From Candidatus Latescibacterota bacterium (GTDB lineage: Bacteria; Latescibacterota; UBA2968), in the NCBI GenBank assembly GCA_965222605.1, contig OZ244960.1, positions 2,976,001 through 3,040,000 on the forward strand: DNA of 64,000 nucleotides. Reading direction: 5' to 3'. The notes under the pieces were generated by a model. It was not told the DNA's origin, did no database searches, and worked only from the letters and a program-made list of their open reading frames with translations. The first letter of the stretch is position 1. Every line of letters starts with the position of its first letter. Below, in pieces: positions 58,765-64,000 of this stretch. Made by a program: the position numbers and the translations under genes.

Positions 58765-60147
58765 ATGGATGAACGCTCTTCTAACTTATGGAACCGGTGT
58801 CTCCACGCCATCCAGGAAAAAATACAGGATCAAAGTTTTGAAACCTGGTTCGCTCCTATTACGGCGCGGCAATTTACCTCTGAAGAAGCTATTCTGGTGG
58901 TGCCAGAGAGAATTTATGCCGATTGGTTAGAACAAAATTACATCGGGTTGATCAAAACGACCATCCAGGAAGTCTTCACATGGAATCCGCGGATAACTTT
59001 TACGGTTGGTAATACTCATCAACAGATGTCATCTCCTGTGACACATGGTCCCGAATTTATGCACGGAGCACCTCTCGATTCCGTATCTGCGGTGCCATCT
59101 CTTCATCCTGGACCTGTCCAACCTGTATTTCCTCTGAATCCACGCTACCGGTTTGACAATTTTGTTGTCGGTGACAGCAATGAGGTGTCGTTTTCGGCAG
59201 CAAAAGCCACAGCAGAGTTACCTGGACAAACAGCTTTTAATCCCCTTGTCCTTTATAGCGGCGTTGGATTGGGAAAAACCCACCTGTTACAGGCCATTGG
59301 TGCATACTGTATCGAAATGGGGACAGCTCAACGGGTAGTTTATGTTACTGCACAACAGTTTCTTACAGATTATTTAGAAGGAATCAATCGCGGAACAACC
59401 TCTAATTTCTATCAAACCTATCGCCAGGCGGATGTGTTGCTGGTTGATGACATCCAGTATTATGTGAAAACCGAAGGTTGCCAAAGAGAGTTTATCCATA
59501 CATTTAATGCCCTATTTCAAGCAGATAAACAGATCATCATCAGCTCTGATCGTCCGCCGTCTCATCTCAAGGGGTTTGAAGATCGGTTGATTTCTCGGTT
59601 TCAATGGGGTTTGGTTACAAATATCGAAGCACCAGACCTTCCCACGCGTGTGGCGATTTTAATGCAAAAAGCAGAAGAAATGGGCGTTTCATTGTCCCAC
59701 GAAATTGCGAGTTTCTTAGCTGAACAGATCGATACCAATATACGCGAACTTGAAGGTGCATTAAAACGCCTGGTGGCCTTTACCAAATTACAACGCTATC
59801 CACTCACGATTGAAACAGCGCGAAAGACGCTGCTAAGTCCGCCCCAAAAGACCAAACCGACTGTTACTATTGAGAGCATTCAAAAAGCTGCAGCCCACTT
59901 TTTTGAAATACCTTTAGATAAACTGGTGGGTACAACCCGAAAGCAAGATGTGGCAACAGCCCGGCATGTGAGTATGTATTTGAGCAAATCTCTTACAGGT
60001 GCTCCACTCAAGACCATTGGTGTGCAATTTGGAAATCGCGATCACAGCACAGTTATTCACGCCTGCCGGAGAGTAGAGAGCAAAATATCGTCGGATCCAG
60101 AATTCGAACATCTTGTAAGTGAACTACAAGATCATATCGTAGGTTAA
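58765..60147 (+). CDS. dnaA: Chromosomal replication initiator DnaA
   Basis: LNPRYRFDNFVVG, FNPL, GVGLGKTHL, DDIQ, RLISRF.WG, RELEGAL, RDHSTVIHA. Confidence 0.98.
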   Translation: MDERSSNLWNRCLHAIQEKIQDQSFETWFAPITARQFTSEEAILVVPERIYADWLEQNYIGLIKTTIQEVFTWNPRITFTVGNTHQQMSSPVTHGPEFMHGAPLDSVSAVPSLHPGPVQPVFPLNPRYRFDNFVVGDSNEVSFSAAKATAELPGQTAFNPLVLYSGVGLGKTHLLQAIGAYCIEMGTAQRVVYVTAQQFLTDYLEGINRGTTSNFYQTYRQADVLLVDDIQYYVKTEGCQREFIHTFNALFQADKQIIISSDRPPSHLKGFEDRLISRFQWGLVTNIEAPDLPTRVAILMQKAEEMGVSLSHEIASFLAEQIDTNIRELEGALKRLVAFTKLQRYPLTIETARKTLLSPPQKTKPTVTIESIQKAAAHFFEIPLDKLVGTTRKQDVATARHVSMYLSKSLTGAPLKTIGVQFGNRDHSTVIHACRRVESKISSDPEFEHLVSELQDHIVG

Positions 60148-60195
60148 GGAGTAAAAGCCCAGTAATGACATAAACAGATAGATCTTAAAAATATG

Positions 60196-60229
60196 CCCCA
60201 GACTCCCGTAGAGGTCTGGGGTTTATTTT
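60196..60229 (+). terminator. Terminator after dnaA
   Basis: CCCCAGAC...GTCTGGGG followed by T-rich tract. Confidence 0.7.
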
Positions 60230-60299
60230 TATCGATTATATTCCTGTTTTATTGGTCGAGAAATAATGCCACCGGATGTCCAGGAGGTCATTTACTCAC

Positions 60300-60663
60300 A
60301 ATCTCTGTTTATGTTATTAATAGAATAAAAATATGTACTATTATATACGACAATAATAATAACACTGTGAATTCTGTGGAAAATGAGCGAAAAAAAGAAC
60401 AACCCACGGGAAAATAGGGAGATAAAAAAATTTCTGCCAATTTGACATTGTGTATTTCTGTGTGCAAACAGTGTGGAAAACAGTGTGGTTTTCCACAATT
60501 GAGAATGTGGATTTGTTTTCCACATATATAATCCACAATTTATCCAGATTCTTTTCCACATACAAAAACTTGTGCACAGGGCTGTGCACAGACACTGTTT
60601 CTCTTTAAAAATCAATGAGTTCTTATTTTTTTGAACAATGGACGGCAAATTGAGTTATCCACA
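60300..60663. other. oriC: AT-rich DUE, DnaA-trios and ~10 DnaA boxes
   Basis: Minus strand TTTTCCACA-GAATTCACA-GTGT-TAT-TAT-TAT (60383 leftwards); many TTTTCCACA/TGTGGAAAA; perfect TTATCCACA at 60655; IHF-like AATCAATGAGTTC at 60610. Confidence 0.85.
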
Positions 60664-60784
60664 TTGGAGAAATCTACTGTTGATAGGTGTATCAGGTTGA
60701 CGGAGGGCTTTCTTTTTTTCAGGGGATATGTTTATATTGTTCTGTGGCGTCAGGTAGTCAATCTCAACAATTATTCGCAGGAGA

Positions 60785-61416
60785 TGATCGAGGTGCTGAC
60801 TTATAATTCTCAAAAAGCGATGCGTGTATTGTGCAAGAAGGACCGCACACTCGGTCAATTAATCCAGCTGGCAGGACCAATAACCATTGAGTTCCCCAAA
60901 CGAATAAAGCCTTTTGATGCGCTTTTGCGGTCGATTATCTATCAACAACTTTCAGGGAAAGCTGCTGATACCATTCACAAACGGGTGCGTGACCTGTTTG
61001 CAGGGGGAAGCATCAACCCGGATCAAGTACTTGCCATAGATGATCAGATGCTTCGCAATGCAGGAATGTCCCGGGCAAAAGTGGCCGCAGTAAATGATCT
61101 CGCGCAAAAAACTATGGATGGGCTGATTCCCTCGGGGTCACGCCTTCGCGAAATGTCGGACGCCGACATTGTAGAAAACCTCACACAAGTGCGTGGCATT
61201 GGGGAGTGGACCGTTCAAATGCTTCTGATGTTTCAGCTCGGTAGGCCCGATGTACTCCCGACAAAAGATTTGGGGGTACGCAAGGGATTTATGCTTACTT
61301 ATGGGTTGGACCAGTTGCCGGCAGAAAAGGAAGTGATGGTCTATTGTGAGCGGTGGAGACCTTATCGGTCAGTGGGGAGCTGGTACATGTGGCGGGCAAT
61401 CGAGTTGTGGGGATAA
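60785..61416 (+). CDS. DNA-3-methyladenine glycosylase II (AlkA family); start uncertain
   Basis: SIIYQQLSGKAA, RGIGEWT, RPDVLP..DLGVR, WRPYRS. Confidence 0.92.
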
Positions 61417-61443
61417 AATCTTTATTTATAAACGGAGCGGATT

Positions 61444-62802
61444 ATGCCAAACCTACTCGTTTTATTGAGCGATCAGTTGCGCCGGCAGGCTCTTGGAGTT
61501 CACGGCGATCCAGATGCGCGCACACCGCATCTGGACGCTTTTGCACAACAGGGTATTCGATTTGACAATGCGTGTTCCACGTATCCGATCTGCGTGCCTT
61601 TTCGGTTTACACTTATGACTGGCGAATATGCCCATGTTCGCAAAATACCGGGTATTGAATACATTATGTCCACGGAAGAACGCACGCTGGCCGATGAGTT
61701 TAATGAGGCGGGGTATGAGACCATTTATGTGGGCAAATGGCATCTCGATGGCGGGCATGGGCGGTTGGGATCTGCTGTGCAGGTCAATCGCACGCAGGTG
61801 CCGCGTTCTCGGCAGGGGCGGTGGCAAAAGTGGTACGGGTTTGAGCTGCGCAATGATCCCTTTGACACCTGTTATTTTGAAGATGACGATCCCATACCCA
61901 AAAAAATCGAAGGGTATCAGACCGATGGCTTGTTTCAAATTGGTATGGATTATATAAAAGACCGCGCAGATGACCGTCCTTTTTGTATGGTCATTTCTGT
62001 GGAACCGCCTCACGATCCCTTTGTAGCTCCCGAAGATGTGCAATCCGCCTGGGAAGGGAGAGATATTGTATTACCCGAAAACTTTGATGTCGCAGACCCC
62101 ATACAGCGCGAAACTTTTATTCTCAATCGCAAGCGCTACAATGCCATGGTGGAGAATCTGGATGCCAATGTCGGAAAGATGATGGCTTTTCTCAAAGCGG
62201 AAGGATTATTGGAGGATACAATCGTGGTCTTTTTATCTGATCACGGCGAATTGGCGGGGGCACACGGCCTGCGTGCCAAGCAGTGGCCTTACGAAGAATC
62301 TGTGGGGATTCCGCTCATGGTGTGGGATTCTCGTGTAAGAAAACGGGCGGGAACGGTGATCAAAGACCCGACATGCACCGAGGATTTATTTCCAACATTA
62401 CTTGGATTGGTGGGGTTAACCCCAAAAAACAAGGTGCAGGGGACGAACTTAACGCCCCTCATTCACGGGACTGTAGATGCGCTTGATCGCGAGGGTGTTT
62501 TGCTCGAATTTGTTGCGGAACTGCGAGAACGGCCACCATTTTTTGATGAAGTCTGGCGGGGATTTCGCACGCGGGATTACAAATATACCGTGAAGGGCAA
62601 TAACATGGGCGGCAGGCCCTGGCAATTTTTTGACCTGAAAAACGATCCCGGGGAAATGAATAATCTGGTGGATGACCCCAATTACCGCGACCTGGTTGCC
62701 CACCATCATCGCTTGCTGTGTGAACGCATGATTGAAACAGAAGATCACTTTGTCCTGCTCCCAGCGTTTGACAGTGAAGGTGTAAACGTCTGGGAAGAAT
62801 AA
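61444..62802 (+). CDS. Sulfatase (Cys-type)
   Basis: PNLLVLLSDQLR, CVPFR...MTG, GKWHL, SDHG. Confidence 0.92.
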   Translation: MPNLLVLLSDQLRRQALGVHGDPDARTPHLDAFAQQGIRFDNACSTYPICVPFRFTLMTGEYAHVRKIPGIEYIMSTEERTLADEFNEAGYETIYVGKWHLDGGHGRLGSAVQVNRTQVPRSRQGRWQKWYGFELRNDPFDTCYFEDDDPIPKKIEGYQTDGLFQIGMDYIKDRADDRPFCMVISVEPPHDPFVAPEDVQSAWEGRDIVLPENFDVADPIQRETFILNRKRYNAMVENLDANVGKMMAFLKAEGLLEDTIVVFLSDHGELAGAHGLRAKQWPYEESVGIPLMVWDSRVRKRAGTVIKDPTCTEDLFPTLLGLVGLTPKNKVQGTNLTPLIHGTVDALDREGVLLEFVAELRERPPFFDEVWRGFRTRDYKYTVKGNNMGGRPWQFFDLKNDPGEMNNLVDDPNYRDLVAHHHRLLCERMIETEDHFVLLPAFDSEGVNVWEE

Positions 62803-62804
62803 AT

Positions 62805-63893
62805 TCAGGGTTTCCAGATGGTCGCGCCGATATAGCGTTCGCCTTCTGGCGTATCGTTGTAATAATAGGCAGTTACAAGTGCCCCATCGGGTCTCAAAAC
62901 AGTGCGCGGATACCCGATATCCGGATTGCCTCCGTCGCCGCGCAGTACAATGTCCTCGCTCCAGATGGTGCCGGTAGGATCACCGATCCTGGCGCGGATA
63001 CCATAAGGTGTTGCGCGATAACCGTAAGTCAGAACAATCCGTCCGTCCCTCAGAAGCGTCAATGTCGGTGGATTGCCCCCCATCCCAGAAGCCGGTACAG
63101 GGCGACCGACATGTGTCCAGGTCAGTCCGTCATCTTCGGACAAGTACGCGTTGATCCAGTGTTTCGACGCGGTAAATTCCCCGTGCTCCGTGCAGCGCAC
63201 AGCAACGAGAATACGCCCATCACTTAGACGCACACTCGCGGGCATAATCTGAAAGCCCGCAGGTTCTTCACTCAGCCACGATAGAAATCCAAATTTGCGC
63301 CCGCCATCATAAGATCGCGCAGCAAATACGCGGCCTTCGCGTCCATTGCGCTTATTCGCCGTTAGAAATAGCGTGCATTGATCCGCGCTATCCACCAGAT
63401 AATCCGTTCGCGCAGCAATCCCGGTTTGTCCCCACATTGGGAGAGAGAAAGGCCCTTTCCACGACTGGCATCGGTCCTGCGAATAGTACCAGAAGGAACA
63501 GACCCCTGGACCCAGACCCGTCCTGGCACACATCAATGCGAAATCGGGATGGGAAAAATCCACATTGCCCGGGCAATCTATCGGCGCGTGTTCACCGTCG
63601 AGAACTTCACCTACGCGCAATCCCTCATTCATGTGTTCGTCGGCTGATAATCCGCGATTTCCCGGGGTTTTGCACGGCATGGGCATCACGTCCCAGGTCT
63701 CGCCGCCATCCATGCTCCGCGTCTGCATGTTTACAAATGGACGCTCTTTGTCTCGCGCGTGAAAACCGCCCTGGGGATCTGTATATCCCAGCGTAAATCC
63801 CAGTGCGATCTCGTCACCCCACGACCACACGCCGTAATTTGCGGGCCAACCTGCAAACCGCCCTGTTTCTCGGTACACTGTTACGTGTTTCAT
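62805..63893 (-). CDS. Sialidase-like BNR/Asp-box repeat protein
   Basis: SMDGGETW, SYDGGRKF, SEDDGLTW, DIGYP. Confidence 0.8.
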   Translation of the reverse strand: MKHVTVYRETGRFAGWPANYGVWSWGDEIALGFTLGYTDPQGGFHARDKERPFVNMQTRSMDGGETWDVMPMPCKTPGNRGLSADEHMNEGLRVGEVLDGEHAPIDCPGNVDFSHPDFALMCARTGLGPGVCSFWYYSQDRCQSWKGPFSLPMWGQTGIAARTDYLVDSADQCTLFLTANKRNGREGRVFAARSYDGGRKFGFLSWLSEEPAGFQIMPASVRLSDGRILVAVRCTEHGEFTASKHWINAYLSEDDGLTWTHVGRPVPASGMGGNPPTLTLLRDGRIVLTYGYRATPYGIRARIGDPTGTIWSEDIVLRGDGGNPDIGYPRTVLRPDGALVTAYYYNDTPEGERYIGATIWKP

Positions 63894-64000
63894 AATTTAA
63901 CCGTACCATTTTCCAGCATACTCAACAGTGCCGAATCATCTACATCCAAGGGCAATATAACCTTGCCCCGGCGGCGACTCGACTCATAAGTAGCAAAAAT
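63890..64000 (-). CDS. C-terminal end of a probable Gfo/Idh/MocA oxidoreductase (partial)
   Basis: IFATYESSRRRGKVILPLDVDDSALLSMLENGTVKL*, stop overlaps the next ATG. Confidence 0.55.
   Translation of the reverse strand: MFATYESSRRRGKVILPLDVDDSALLSMLENGTVKL

Noticed and set aside
1-64000. tRNA/rRNA genes and prophage
   Set aside because: No cloverleaf, rRNA signature or phage structural/integrase genes were recognised by eye.

Overview
Bacterial chromosomal window containing the replication origin: rsmG-mnmE-yidC-rnpA-rpmH on the minus strand, then dnaA followed by a DnaA-box-rich oriC, with two parS sites. It also carries a class Ic (Mn/Fe, tyrosyl-radical-less) nrdAB under NrdR control, an EpmA with an N-terminal OB-fold, and many catabolic genes (4 sulfatase-family, 2 PhyH, dgoD-like, gluconolactonase, GH172, sialidase-like). 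There is an envelope cluster (2x DUF6785-like, GT-C+TPR, GWxTD-like), ankyrin and WG-repeat proteins, one IS701-like element and several gene remnants. This gene mix resembles sponge-associated Latescibacterota/Gemmatimonadota-type genomes (inference). The most striking unexplained signal is a dispersed 27/35-bp hairpin mini-element, RCGGTGTACAACTG-(6 or 14 nt)-CAGTTCA, present in six copies. Two copies sit inside the two parS sites, two are in-frame inside coding sequences, one lies just upstream of a Shine-Dalgarno sequence, and one is at the centre of a palindrome. Other highlights are a datA/DARS-like DnaA-box+IHF module 10 kb from oriC, a candidate CUCCCC-rich structured RNA, a GyrA-like insertion in an S41 protease and a Thr-motif sulfatase. 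All calls come from reading the sequence; no database searches were run.
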